From NCBI RefSeq assembly GCF_009914755.1, contig NC_060926.1: a stretch of DNA of 64,000 nucleotides; one strand, 5' to 3'. Of the stretch, positions 11,225 through 24,525 are shown in pieces; position 1 is the first letter of the stretch, and each line of letters starts with the position of its first letter. The notes under the pieces were generated by a model. The model was not told the origin of the DNA. It saw only the letters and a program-made list of their open reading frames with translations, and made no database searches. The position numbers and the translations under genes are program-made. The stretch is from the human T2T-CHM13v2.0 reference genome, Homo sapiens.

Positions 11225-14200
11225 TAAAGGTATGGAGTGGTCCATCCATCATGTGAACCCTCCACAGACCCTGAAACTACCGTGGAAGATCAGATGAAGC
11301 TGATTCACATGCATTAGCCTCAGAAAATTCTACCAGGACACAATTCACCCTCTACAAAACAATGATGTATGGAGCCTACACAAGTCCTTATTCTTTACAA
11401 AGCTGAAACCTGAGAGGTAAAGCTACTTTCACTGAGCTCTGAAACATTTCAGACTCACTTAGTGGAACCCTAAAACATCAGTTACTCTGAGTCCACTGAA
11501 TATTTTAAGTATTCAAATGCATCCTCCCTCTAAGCAACGCATAATAGACATTCATTATAATGTTTTTTGCATGTTAGTAAGATAGCTTTTCTGAGATAGA
11601 GGTTTCTGGTAGTAGTTTATTAAAATATTAGATATTAGACCACCTTGTAATTCTTACAGATTTGTTTATATTTTCCCTTTGTCCTCTGTATTAAAAGGAA
11701 TAAAGGTTTTGAAGGTTTCTCCCTAAAAATAGAAATAATTTATTTAAAGAAAAAATAATTTAGACCTTGGTTGAAATTATTAGGCAATAAGAATTATATT
11801 TAACAATGTATTTTCAATTAATTTTTAATTAATCCAGATAAAATTATGAGAAGGGTATATTTGCCAAATATAAAAATGAATGATAACAGTATAAAGACAA
11901 TTAGTCAAACAGACTGAGAAGCCAAAAATGAAATTACATCTAATACTTTTGTTAATGCAAAAGAACAAATGGTATCATATTTGGAAGGTTTTCTTTTGTA
12001 AAATTGCTTAATCAAGAGCCTGAGGCTTCAGTACTGTTGGACAGTAAAGTTAGACTGCTCCCCTCCCTAACATCCATTTGTATCGTAGCTTAGATCTTTA
12101 GCTAATTCTGTTAAATATTGATTTTCAACCACTGATTTACACAGGAGACCTGGAAGTGAAGCTATTTTTAATACTCTCCTTTCATTCCTCCAGGAGTCAG
12201 GCCATGGCTCAAGGACTCCATGGAGATATACATGTGTAGAAATACATGTCCAGTGGAATAGTTGTTGGATGGAAGTGAGATTTCAGGAAAATAGTAATGG
12301 ACTCCTAAGAAGGAGCACACATTACGGGGTAAGGAGTAGGGACCAATGAATTAAAAATAGCCCTCCAGGATGAGGAAGGTAGAGGAGTATAGGCTCTGAG
12401 CCTACCATGTGGCTTAAAGAGAACCCCATAATTCTGTCACCCTGGAGTATCAGATGTGCCTTTGGAAAAAAAGGTGTGTGTGCGTGTGTGTGTGCACACA
12501 CGCATGATCTGGAGAGCAGTGTCACTAAAAAACTATAGCTGTCTGCACTCTAGACAGGTTCACTGTGGGACACAACTTAATAAACAGACAGAAGTAACAA
12601 ACAGCCTTTTATTTTGTCAAAACTGAATGAGCAAAGTATTGGAATATCTCTTATAAAATTTGCATTGCAATGGCAATGGCAGGAAATAACCCAAGACGCA
12701 AGAACCACTCCACAGAGCTGTCAGTAAAAGGCAGCATTGGCTCTTGCCAGCAGAAGAAGAGAGGATTTTGATGCTACAACCAGGGTTAACAAGTTTTGGC
12801 CACTTAAGGTTCTGGCACCTCCATGTGGCTTTCAGAAAGGTCAGTGTTGTTGCAGCTCAGTCTTTGACTACAGTTCAGCTTCTACTTTGGCTGTAGAGAA
12901 AATGCAGAGAATTATTATGTAGGCACCAATCTCAAGCCCTGGAGGTTTTGAAAAAATTGGAGGAGAAAACTTCCAGAAAGAACTGGAGATCAAATTTGTA
13001 AAGCAGATGAGGATTTTGGACCATCATTATTTCAACATACATGTAAATGTGGCCTTATTTATACATACTTTCTTTAAGGCTTATTACATGGTAGGTAATC
13101 ACTAATCTGGTTTTCTAATTTGTCCCACTTCCCTACTACAAGGAAGGTCAAAAGAGTGAATGATACAGCTCAGACGTACAAATCCTATATTATTCAAATG
13201 GGTGTTTTTATGTACATATATATGCTGAACATTTCTCCATTCGTTGCAATGTTTCTAGGGACAGGCTATAGCTCCTATTGATAGTTCTTTGAGACCAGAA
13301 TATTTATTCATATGACTCAATATACGTCAATACCTTTTTATATTTTTTGGATCATTAGAGCCTTTTAAAAAGGTTATGAAAGATACAGATATTCTCCCTA
13401 GAAAAAGGCACATGTGTACATAACTTTAGGGTATCCCCATTTATAATCCCCTTTGACATTTATCCTCCAATATCTCTTTCATACCTACAATCTCTCATTG
13501 GAGTCCTCCAAAAATCTTCCTGGCATCCAGCCTCCCCAGCTTTCCTGCTTCTTTCACCCTAAACTCACCCTTCTCACACAGCAGGAACTTTCTCTGGCTT
13601 AATATTCACACTCTTCTGGACTTGACATTTCACCTGGATTCTCCACAACAAAGGAGAGCCCAGCAATGTTGACTTAGCTCTCAAGAATCCTTTTTTTCCT
13701 TCAATCTGTTCAGCCTTGTTTTTCTCTTTATGTTTGTTTGATTCCATATTCTAAGATTAGGTACAAGGCTGAAAAAGAAAAACCTCTCTTGGGAGAGTAG
13801 CGGAAGAAAAGGAGCCAAGCAGGCAGATGCCTAACTACCTTATGGGAGTGAAGAAACATCAGGTGATGATGCATTTGTCCCCATCCTATTTTCATGCACA
13901 TAAACCTTTAAAAACAAAGCTGAAGATGATGTCTCTTCTGGGGTTGTGAGAGGAGAGAAACAGGTGAGGAAGCCCTCACACCAAGATTGAGATTTTTTTT
14001 GAGTCTTTGATTTTCTCTAATTGACTGTTGAGCAAAAGATTAATTTTATTCAAGACAAAATGATTTGGAAAAATGTTCATAGCATCTCAAGTAATCATAT
14101 CTATAGTTTGCCTTGAAACTCTAGAATGCTGCAAAGATACCTCCTAGACTCCTGGAATACAATCCATAAATATTTTTAAAAATCAATTGTGTAATAATTG

Positions 14201-14449
14201 CCATCTCGAAGGCAGGAATAAAACCAGAAAATGCTACACATTCCAGGTGGCCTGGATTGACATCCCATAGAGCAAACATTGAAGTCAAGCACAGTGTCCT
14301 TCTAACTATGGAGCAAGATATATTTTCTCCCTGTTTTCTTCTTCATGGAAACTATTTGACCAAGTTACTATTTCATAGGATCCTTTTCCCCTTAGAGATT
14401 TGTATTGCTGACTGTGCTATTTTACTTAATAATTGGGTGTCCATTAATT

Positions 14450-14785
14450 ATTTATCCTTTCATTTAGCAAACACTTATTAAACATCTTTAGGCACAATGG
14501 AAGCATAAAAATCAACATGATTTGGACTCTGGAGGCAAAATAATCTAAAATAAGTTATATCCAGTAAAAAGGCAATTATGTAAACCCCTAAGAGGTGTTC
14601 CTAACCCTGCCTTGGGGCATCAAGAAAGGCTTCTGGAAGAAGGAAGCCTTATACTAAACCAAGAGCTGTAGTATAATTAAGAGTTAGCTGAAGAGCTATA
14701 GGATAATTAGAAGTTAGTTGGAGAGCTATAGGATAATTAGGAGTTAGCTGGGTAAAGGTAAGAAGAGAGTGCCAGGCAGACTTCC
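14450..14785 (-). mobile_element. L2 LINE 3' remnant
   Basis: tttcatttagcaaacacttattaaaca tail; aaggcttctggaagaagg...ggagttagctgggtaaag...gagtgccaggcaga L2 motifs. Confidence 0.5.
14662..14751 (+). repeat. Tandem repeat, 3 x 30 bp (AGAGCTATAGGATAATTAGRAGTTAGYTGG)
   Basis: Units start at 14662, 14692 and 14722. Confidence 0.9.
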
Positions 14786-15311
14786 TCACTAGAAGGATAA
14801 ATTTGAAGCAGAGAATACTGGATGAGAAAGTTTAGCCTCAAATCCGGTTTGTAAAGCAAGATTATTCAGGATGGAGAGGAAAAAAGATGTGTATTAAATC
14901 AGGGTGCTTTAATTATGAGCTAACATTTGACCCCTTGAAATTAAAGCTTGTTATGGTCATAAAATTCTCCCAGTGTGTGGGAGAGATGATAGTGTCGAGT
15001 GGACATCCAGCACATCCTTGTTGAACTGATATAAGAAGGAATAAGGAACAGAGATTTATTTTCTGGGAAGTTGATTTCCAAACAGTTTTGGGTAGTATGC
15101 CGTAATTGGAAAGTTACCAACACTGGTACTTATAAAGCTTTAGAATTTTGCTTGAAATATTATAAATTCCATGATTCAAATTAAAAGTGTTAATTTAGAC
15201 TCCAATGCTAAGGAGAAGTTACATCTAAATTATTGACAGCCTTAAATTATCCATTCTATTCTTTGAATTTCCTCCATTAGTGCATGTAATGACAGTCATC
15301 TATATGATTGA

Positions 15312-17646
15312 TGATATGGTTTGGCTGTGTCCCCTCACAAATATCATCCTGAATTGTAGTTCCCATAATCCCAACATGTCATGGGAGGGATTCGGTTGGA
15401 GGTAATTGAATCTGGGGTGGCTACCTCCATGCTGTTCTTATGATAGTGAGTGAGTTTTCATGAGACCTAATGGTTTTATAAGGGGCTTTTCCCTCTTTGC
15501 TTGGCACTTCCCTCTCCTGCCACCACGTGAAAAAGGACATGTTTGCTTCCCTTTCCACCATAATTGTAATTTTTTTGAGCCACTCCCCCTCCCCCAGCCC
15601 TGCAGAACTGTCAATCAATTAAACCTCTTTCCTTTATAAATTACCCAATCTCAGGGAATTCCTTATAGCAGTGTGAGAACGAACTAATACAGTGATTTTG
15701 TATCAATGGTGTGGGGCGCTACTATAAAGATACCCAAAAATTAGAAGCAACTTTGGAACTGGATAACAGGCAGAGGTTGGAACAGTTTGGAGGGCTCAGA
15801 AGAAGACAGTCAATGTGGGAAAGTTTGGAACTTCCTAGAAACTTGGAGTGCTCAGAAGACAGGAAGATGTGGGAAAGTTTGGAACTTCCTAGAGACTTGA
15901 TGAATGGTTTTGACAAAGAGGCTGATAGTGATATGGACAATGAAGTCCAGGTTGAGGTGAGTGCAGATGGAGATAAGAAACTTATTGGTAACTGGAATAA
16001 AGGTGACTCTTGCAATGCTTTAGCAAAGACCCTGGCAGCATTTTGTCCCTGCCTGAAAGATCTGTGGAAGTTTGAACTTGAGGGAGATGACTTAGGGTAT
16101 CTGGCAGAAGAAATTTCTAAGTGTCAAAGTGTTCAAGAGGAAGCAGAGCATAGGAGTTTGAAAAATTTGCAGACTGACAATACAATGGAAAAGAAAAACC
16201 CATTTTCTGGAAAGAAATTCAAGCGGCTGCAGGAATTTGCATAAGTAATGAGGAGCCAAATATTAATCACCAAGACAAGGAGGAACATGTCTCCAGGACG
16301 TGTCAGAGACTTTCACAGCAGCCCCTCCCATCACAGGCATGGAGGCCTAGAAGGGAAAAATGCTTTAGTGGGCCCGGCCCAGGAAACCCCTGCTGTGTGC
16401 AACCTCAGGACTTGGTGCCTTGCACCCCAGCCACCCCAGCCATGACTAAAATGGGCCAAGGTACAGTTTAGACCATTGCTTCAGAAGGTGCAAGCCCACA
16501 GCCTTGGCAGCTTTCATGTGGTGTTGCTCCTGCAGGTGTGCAGAAGACAAGAATTGAAGTTTGGGAACCTCCGCCTAGATTTCAGAGGATGTATGGAAAT
16601 GCCTGGAAGTTCAGGCAGAAGTTTGCTGCAGGGGTAGGGTCCTCATGGAGAACCTCTGCTAGGGCAGTGAGGAGGGAAGACATGTGTTTGAAGCCCCCAC
16701 ACAGAGCCTAGTGGAGCTGTGAGAAGAGGGTCACCATTCTCCAGACCCCAGAATGGTAGATCCACCGGCAGCTTGCACCATGAACCTGATAAAGCCACAG
16801 ACATGCAATGCCAGCCTGTGAAAGTAGCCAGGAGGTGAGGGCTATACCCTGCAAAGCCACAGGAGTGGAGCTGCCCAAGGCCATAGGAGCCCATCTTTTG
16901 CATCAGCATGACCTGCATTTGAGACATGGAGTCAAAGGAGATTATTTTGAAACTTTAAGGTTTAATGACTGCCCTATTGGATTTCGGCCTTTCATGGAGC
17001 CTGTAGCCCCTTTGTTTCCACCAATTTCTCACATTTGGAATGAGTATATTTACCCAATGCCTGTGCCCCCATTGTATTCAGGAAGTAACTAACTTGCTTT
17101 TGATTTACAGGCTCACAGGTGGAAGGGACTTGCCTTGTCTCAGATGGGACTTTGAACTTGGACTTTTGGGTTAATGCTGGAATGAGCCAAGACTTTTGGG
17201 AACTGTTGGAAAGGCAAGATTGTATTTTGAAATGTGAGGATGTGAGATTTGGGAGGGCCCAGGGTGGAATCATGTGGTTTGGCTGTGTCCCCACCCAAAT
17301 CTCATCTTGAATTGTAGTTCCCATAATCCCCATGTGTCGTGGGAGAGACTTGGTGGGAGGTAATTGAATCATGGGTGTGGTTACCCACATGCTGCTGTCA
17401 TGATAGTGAGTGAGTGAGTTCTCACAAGATCTGATGGTTTCATAAGGGGCTTTTCCCCCTTTGCTTGGCACTTCTCTCTCCTGCTTTCATGTGAAGAAGG
17501 ACATGTTTGCTTCCCCTTTGCCATGATTGTAAGTTTCCTGAGGCCTCCCAAGCCCTGTGGAACTGTGAGTCAATTAAACCTCTTTCCTTTATAAATTATC
17601 CAGTCTCAGGCAGTTCTTTATAGCATTGTGAGAACAGACTACTACA
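15312..17646 (+). mobile_element. Full-length THE1C MaLR provirus (LTR-int-LTR)
   Basis: 5' LTR 15312-15691, internal 15692-17269, 3' LTR 17270-17646; THE1C-like diagnostics (tgtagttcccataatcc, ggttacc..catgctgctg, gtgaagaaggacatgtttgcttcccc); TSD attga/attaa. Confidence 0.9.
15711..16244 (+). pseudogene. Decayed THE1-int (MaLR gag-like) ORF
   Basis: 177-aa stretch with MWESLELPRDLMNGFD..ADSDMDNEVQ..GNWNKGDSC..LAAFCPC motifs typical of MaLR internal ORFs; frame breaks downstream. Confidence 0.75.
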
Positions 17647-17664
17647 ATTAAAAAGTATCGTGGA

Positions 17665-17790
17665 GACCAGGCACTGTGCCTCATGCCTGTAATCTCAGCA
17701 CTTTGGGAGGCAGAGGTTGGGGGACTGCTTTACCTTGGAGTTGGAGACCACACTGGGCAACACAGTGAGACCCTGCCTCTATTATTTTTT
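17665..17790 (+). mobile_element. FLAM / Alu left monomer
   Basis: gaccaggcactgtgcctcatgcctgtaatctcagcactttgggagg...gagaccctgcctcta; TSD-like ttaaaaagtatcgtgga (17648) / ttaaaaagtatcttgaa (17791). Confidence 0.8.
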
Positions 17791-18674
17791 TTAAAAAGTA
17801 TCTTGAAGAAGAAATAGAACATTTTATTCCAAAAGTACTCCACATATCAACCATAATATCTTTCAGGATGATCATCAAGGGAATATTGCCCACTGAGGAA
17901 GTCAAAGTCCAGTACTCAGAACTCAACAGTTCTATAGGTAGTTTGCTGCTCAGCCTCAGAAAAATTATCTCCATCTTTTTTGGTGTTTTTTTTTTCTTTT
18001 GTTTGTCTGTCTGTTTTAAGAAAACCACCACTCTTTTCCAGAAATACATTTGTTCTAGTCAGTACTAGAATAATTTATAGTCCTCAGATTTACGTATATT
18101 CTACAATTGGAGTTTCTCTGCTATTGCATTATTTTTCAATGCTGGAATCATGATGGGAAGACTAAGATAGTATACAAGTTTATTAATTTGTTCTAAAACT
18201 GAGATCTTTCTAAGCAGGTATCATAATAAGTGCAAGGTTGTTGTTGGGTATTTCTTTTTTCCTACTTCTTAAAGTTAAAAAAAGTCACTTTGAAACATGT
18301 TTGTTAAGTAAAAGCCCCCAGAGAGTGAGAGTAATAATGAATGATGTTTCTGCACGCTCTCTAAAGATCCTGGATTATTTCACAGCTTCACAACTTGAAA
18401 TGTAAAATGGGTCCAGAAAAAATTCAGGCCTTGATTTTTTACATTATTGTGCCTGGCACAAAGTCTTCTGCCAATGGCTATGTTCTGACCTTACAGGCTC
18501 ATTAAGGCAAGAGTATCTGTAGCCAACACTTTCGCTAAAGTAGAGCAGAGTATATGTCTAAACCCTTATATGAGGGCCCAGAGTATATAGCCTTCCACTT
18601 TCCTTAACCTCAGTGCCTTCATCTAGAAAAAGTTATAGAATTTTGGGGAAGCAAACTCAAATATAGGAAACTCA

Positions 18675-18835
18675 TGCTGATTCTTTGTTCTGCAGCTTAA
18701 CTACCATATATTTTTTAAAACATTATTTACCCTAAGTCTTATTGTCCCAGTTGTACTGATGGGGAAGCTAATACCTACATATGTAGGTATTACATTATCT
18801 CATTAAACCTATGTAAGGTTTACTGAGATTAAATT
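18675..18835 (+). mobile_element. Degraded MIR with internal inverted duplication
   Basis: atggggaagctaatacctac and tgagattaaat MIR 3' motifs; 24-bp palindrome at 18769-18792. Confidence 0.4.
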
Positions 18836-20487
18836 TAAAAAAAAAATTTTTTAAAGTATTTCATAAAATAGTCATATGCAGTTCTATCAGATAGTTCCCT
18901 TTGCCAAGGCTGGAATATGTAAATGTTTTCAAATGAACAATGGGAGGCTTGAAATTATTTAATTGGTCCTTTAGCTTTTCAAAACACGCATATTTTGTTT
19001 AATTATTTCATTGAACAAATATGCATTAACAGCGCATTTCTAATTTTTAATTGCCGGGGAGAATTTTAGGTTTTGGGAATATTGTGAGGCTCAAGCCACA
19101 TGGGCGACATTATTGGTGATTGGATATGGCTCCTCAGAAACAGAGTGAGCCAAGCATCATCATGACAGCAAGGCACAAGGTATACATAAATCTTTCATTC
19201 ATGTAAGCCTCTCAAACTATACATTAAACCCAAATTCCAAGTTAACTGATATACTAGAACTGTTATGCTGCTCCAAGAATGCTTTGTAGAGTAGCACTGT
19301 TCTGTAAAAATAACTTTGTCTTATATTAAAAAAAAAAAAAAGCCCTGAAAGATCCTGGAATGCCATTTCTTTCCAAAAGAGTAGCCATATTTGAATTTTC
19401 TTAGCAGCTTGCTGAGAGAGTGCAAAGCTAACAAGAATCAAAACAGACTCTTTACATAGTTTGTTTGGGTCTAGAGGAAATCTGTCCATGAGCTTTTGTG
19501 AAGGGGCCAACATGTCAGCATATGCCTGACTACAGTGAGTTTATCTTTCAATTGATTTAGTCCATTCTGGGGAATCGAGATGATGCAAGAGTATGGCACA
19601 TAACCAAAAGCTTTCTCTTTTCATTGACAGAAGTGACAGAAATATCCTTACTCTTACAGATCACTTGATCAGAAATAATAGAGTCAGATACTCTATTGTT
19701 TAGATTACTATTACTGTTATTTTGTTCATATTTTAAGATGTTATTAACATATGATGTAATCTTTGTAACAGTAATGTTACAAAATCACTGGTGAAGAATG
19801 GGATGGACCCCATAATTCTGTTGTTCTGAAGTTTACATATAATTTCATGGAACATATGTCCTATTAATGGAGGCTTTGGATGACTAGAAATGCTCAAAAC
19901 TGAGCTGCAAAGGTGGTGGACATACTTTCTGAGGTGTGTCACAAAAAAAAAATTTCAAATTGGGTGTTCCAAGAAAGTTTTGTTCTCTATTCAAATTTTT
20001 TATTTCTTTGAAATCTAATGGTAAACATATAGAACAGGAGTATGAATTAAGGTTAACCTGAGATTAGGCAGCTGACTTGAGGACACCTTAGGCTTCTATT
20101 TCTTCATGTTCTTTTATAATTTCTCCAGGTTATTTTTGCAAACCAAAGACACAGAACTCTAGAGAACATGACAGCAGGTGTCAGAGGGGTTCAGCTCACA
20201 TCTGACTAGAGCAGCCATGCCCAGCAGGCTTTTCCTCATATAGAAACATAAGTGAAACACCTCTGGGACCACAGAAACTTGTGGAGTTGGGGAAATGTGG
20301 AGAGTGCCAAGATCTCACAGAAGCAATAGAAGAATGTTGAGACACTGACTGAAATTCCAATGCAAGGTAGTATAAATCCCAATGCAATCTTATTCCTATC
20401 CACAGGCTGGTGAAACCTGATAGCATATGGTTATACATAGAGTCAACAAATATTACTTGAGAAGTTAATAATTAACGTGTTCAAAAT

Positions 20488-20531
20488 ATATGTGTGTGTG
20501 TGTGTGTGTGTCTGTGTATGTGTGTGTGTGT
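20488..20531. repeat. (TG)n microsatellite, interrupted
   Basis: Read directly. Confidence 0.9.
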
Positions 20532-20662
20532 CAATTCTAGGAGATACTCATTTTAAAACGAGAGACTAGGGTCTAACCACTTGGCATATACTAATCTTGT
20601 TTCTAGTTGAGCTTCTACTGAATGATATTGAGTCTCTGAATAAAACATATAGAATACCTCAG

Positions 20663-20926
<264 letters not shown>

Positions 20927-21639
20927 TAATTCTGGCTTTCTTAACCTTTCTTGGGTATGATTGTGTTTTTCCACTTATACTGGGTATATTCTTCAGCTAT
21001 AGAATACAATAACTCGAGAAAATAGACACTGAAGGAAACTTGCGCACCTTCATTTTGAATACCAGGAAACAAAACGTATCCCAGGCCCATCACAATCAAT
21101 ATGGTTCCCTCTCCCTTTCTACCTTGTTGCTTCCAGCTGTTTGTCTTCAAGCAAATGCTATGTCTGATCATCAGGATTATTAAGGAAGTCAATTATCAAT
21201 TAGCAAAACCTTAATTAACTGCTCTCCCTTTAGCACCTGGAAACTCTTGGCTCTCCACCATGTTCTTCTGCTCATTGCCCCCAAAAGTACTCTTCCCACA
21301 TCTTCTTTATCCCTAAGTCACTCTTGCTATCAGCTTTGCCTGAGATGCAGCCTTCCCTGACCTCTTTGTGTTTCCTCCATCACATTATTCTAATGATCTT
21401 TTCTCTCCTTGATACTCAAGTAGAGTCTTGTGCCAAAGTTATGAGGTGGAAAGAAACATAACATGTTCCATACCTCTAGAATCTAAATGTAGCTGGTGTA
21501 TGGCCATGCGGTTTTACTCAGGATGAATTAGAGAAATAGGGTTTAGTTAGATAACATCTTACAGTTCAACAGTTAAAAAAAAAAAAAACTAAACTTTTAT
21601 CCCAAGCACAATTCAATGTCGTTGTAAAATGAGAGGCAT

Positions 21640-21925
21640 ACACAATATATGCTGAACATTAATGAAGGAAAGAGACCATATGAGCTGTGTAAGGGAAGAT
21701 TTCACAGAGAAAAGAGCCTTTAAGGACGGGTAGGATATGCATTGCCAAAAAAGAGGCAGAGATGTCATGGATATAAAAGTCATGTCTGGATGATGCTAAA
21801 TCAGTAATTCTGGCTGGAATGATGTTTGGGGAGAGTAGTGAAGGATAGGAGTAAAAAGCCAGAGTGGAGCCATCCTATTAAAGTCTTTGAAGCTTGGACT
21901 GATGAATTTGTACTTGATCCTCAGA
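21640..21925 (-). mobile_element. L2 remnant
   Basis: agggaagatttcacagagaa...ctggctggaatg...gaatttgtacttgatcct. Confidence 0.45.
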
Positions 21926-24285
21926 ACCAGGCTTCTCCCATGCCTTTTACTTATTTGTCTCCCAGAATCAGCTTTGGGTCCTATTTGCTCTCCTTATCCA
22001 TCTGCCTCATGGTGAAGAGGTGCATGCATCTGTTCTGAGATTCCTGTCAATTTCTCCATGAGGCAGATGGTCTATTTCTGATTCCAGACTTTGCCAGACC
22101 CCCCTGAGTTTTTCATCCTCTAGCCCCGGGGATTTATTGCCAGTGTAGCAACAGATACCATGTGGCAGATGAGTGTAAAGAATAAGTTTCAGTAGATGTA
22201 TTCACCAAGGGGCCATTCCAGCTCATTAGCTCATGTCCTTTTTCAAAAGGTAGTGTCTTCTTACCAAAAGATGGAATGGCTAAGAGGAAGATTAATGCAA
22301 TTTAAATTGGGATTAATGTAAATTATTTTATTGATTCTCCTTAGATTATTTTAATCACTTAGTTTTTCTCCCCTACAATGATTTTATTATTACATTCATC
22401 CATTTTGGATGGACCAAGAGACAAAGAAAGTTATTGGATGTGTCCATTTTTGAAACTGGCACCTATTACAGATCTAAATCAAGTATCATTAACATCAGAC
22501 CCCAAATTTTCTAGTCTGTCTCTTCAGCAATAATCAAAGCAATGTGGGTCAGCCAGAGCTAGAATCTCCTCTTGTCTAGCTGCGTTATGAACTTTAACCA
22601 GATCTCACCTATACCAATATGATACATTGTGTCTTGCTAAGCTGTTCATCATCTAAACCAGCTATGATATTTCCTTAAGTTCCATAGCAAAAAACTGCTT
22701 TTGGGTCTCTAACCTACGATCACAAACTGTATACCAACAGTTGCTGGCCAAGGAGAACCAACCAAAACTGGGCTGAAATCAGTATAAATTAATTCTTTGC
22801 TTGAAAATATAAAATCCCTAAATCCTTTCCCTAGAGATGGTAAGCCAATGACAGTTCTATGTGCAGAAGAGTTGTAGATGTATTTAGTGCACAGAATTAG
22901 ATTTTCTCCAGCTACAGGAAACCATATGACTTGACCACCAAGTATAATGTCAATGGTCACTTTTATTTTAAAGTCCACAGTTACTAAAAATCACTTAATT
23001 AGAATGCATTCAAACTTGGTCTCAAAAACACTGCTCTCATAGATGCGACAGGACAGATTTCTCTCCAGTTGGAATGGGATTTTTGCTGGTAACCAGGCAC
23101 AGGAGTTTCAAGACTTGTAACAGAGTACTGAGAGTGAATGAATGATGTCCCTGATAATTTTTTTTTAGACAACCCCAAGCCTGGCCTTTCTTTCATTAAT
23201 GGGTTCAGTTGGAAGGTAGACCTGGGAAAGGCAAGGGGAAAAGAAAGGAATGGGAGGAGAGGAGTATTCTACTTAGAAATAAAATCTATACTCATTTACA
23301 ACTGAGAATGTCATCTTTCTTTGGTAAAGGATTAAAAAAATTCTCTTTTTAAAAGATTATAATATTTCCTCTTTTCAGAGTTCAATAAGATATCCACCAG
23401 TTTCTTCTAAAGCTTTTGAGACCTTGCTTCAAACACACCACTGAAGAACTAAGTATTCTTAAATATCATAATGCTATTTTTAAAACTAAGAAAAGTTTTT
23501 TATTTGAAGATTATTTTTTTAAAAGCAGAATAAAAACTTGGCCTAGAGTCCTGAAAATTTACTTTTTATAATACTCAACTCCCAGAGCAGATCTTCATCT
23601 CATTTCACATTCAATATTAGAATCTCACCATTTCCATTTAAGCAAGATTTAATAAAATGCATGCTGATTTTACAGTTAAAATAGTGGGAAAAAAATAGTT
23701 GAAACAGCGGCAGAGTTCCCCCTTTTGTCATTTTCATTCTTCCTTAAAAAGGAATCAGGCAGAGAATCCACACATGGGTGTACACATGTACACACACACA
23801 CACAAACATTTTCCTTTTGAGTCCCTGACGCTCATGGTCTAAGGAAATTTATTTAACATTTTACATAGCTCAAGAGGTATCTCTTCTCAGTGTTTGAATT
23901 CTACTGAGGAGAACATAAGAATGCTTTTTTTTTTTTAAAAAAAAAATAGATTTAGGGAGTACAAGTGCAATTTTCTTACACAGGTATGTTGTTTAGTGGT
24001 GAAGTCTGGGCTTTTAGTGTATCCATCCTCTTAACAGCAAACACTGTACCCAAGATGTATTTTTTTAATTCTTGTCTCCCTCTCATCTTCCCACCTTTTG
24101 GAGTCTTCAGTGTCTAATTTTTCCCCCTTGTATGTTCATGTGCACCCATTATTTAGCTCCTACTTATAAGTGACAACATACATTATTTGGCTGTCTGTTT
24201 CTGGGTTATTTCACCTAAAATAATCGCCTCCAGTTCTGTTGCTGTAAAGGACATGATTTTATCCTTTTCTATGGTGGAGTGCTAC

Positions 24286-24286
<1 letters not shown>

Positions 24287-24332
<46 letters not shown>

Positions 24333-24354
24333 CAGACAGATAGATAGATAGATA
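24287..24354. repeat. (GATA)11(GACA)2(GATA)4 compound STR followed by AT-rich repeat to about 24458
   Basis: Units counted directly. Confidence 0.92.
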
Positions 24355-24525
24355 GTGTATATATATATATATATACACACATATATAAGTATATATAAGT
24401 ATACTTATATATATGTATATATATTCTTTTCTATGGCTGAGTGTATATATATAAATATGACTTTGCTATTGTGAATAGTGCTGTGATAAACATAAAAGTG
24501 CAGGTACTTTTCTATATAATGATTT

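Noticed and set aside
12900-13100. Purine-rich open stretch (RELLCRHQSQALEVLKKLEE / GGENFQKELEIKFVKQ) as a coding exon
   Set aside because: No convincing flanking splice sites and no recognisable protein family
14662-14751. Regular 30-bp repeats as a CRISPR-like array
   Set aside because: Head-to-tail units without spacers in primate DNA; an ordinary minisatellite
15711-16244. Longest ORF (177 aa) as a novel gene, including its duplicated MWESLELPR motif
   Set aside because: It lies wholly in THE1C-int with a GTG start. I recall the duplication from other THE1-int copies, so it is not locus-specific.
17868-17960. Peptide KGILPTEEVKVQYSELNSS resembling GAPDH KGILGYTEHQVVSSDFNSD
   Set aside because: Short, with low nucleotide similarity and no flanking GAPDH sequence; likely coincidence
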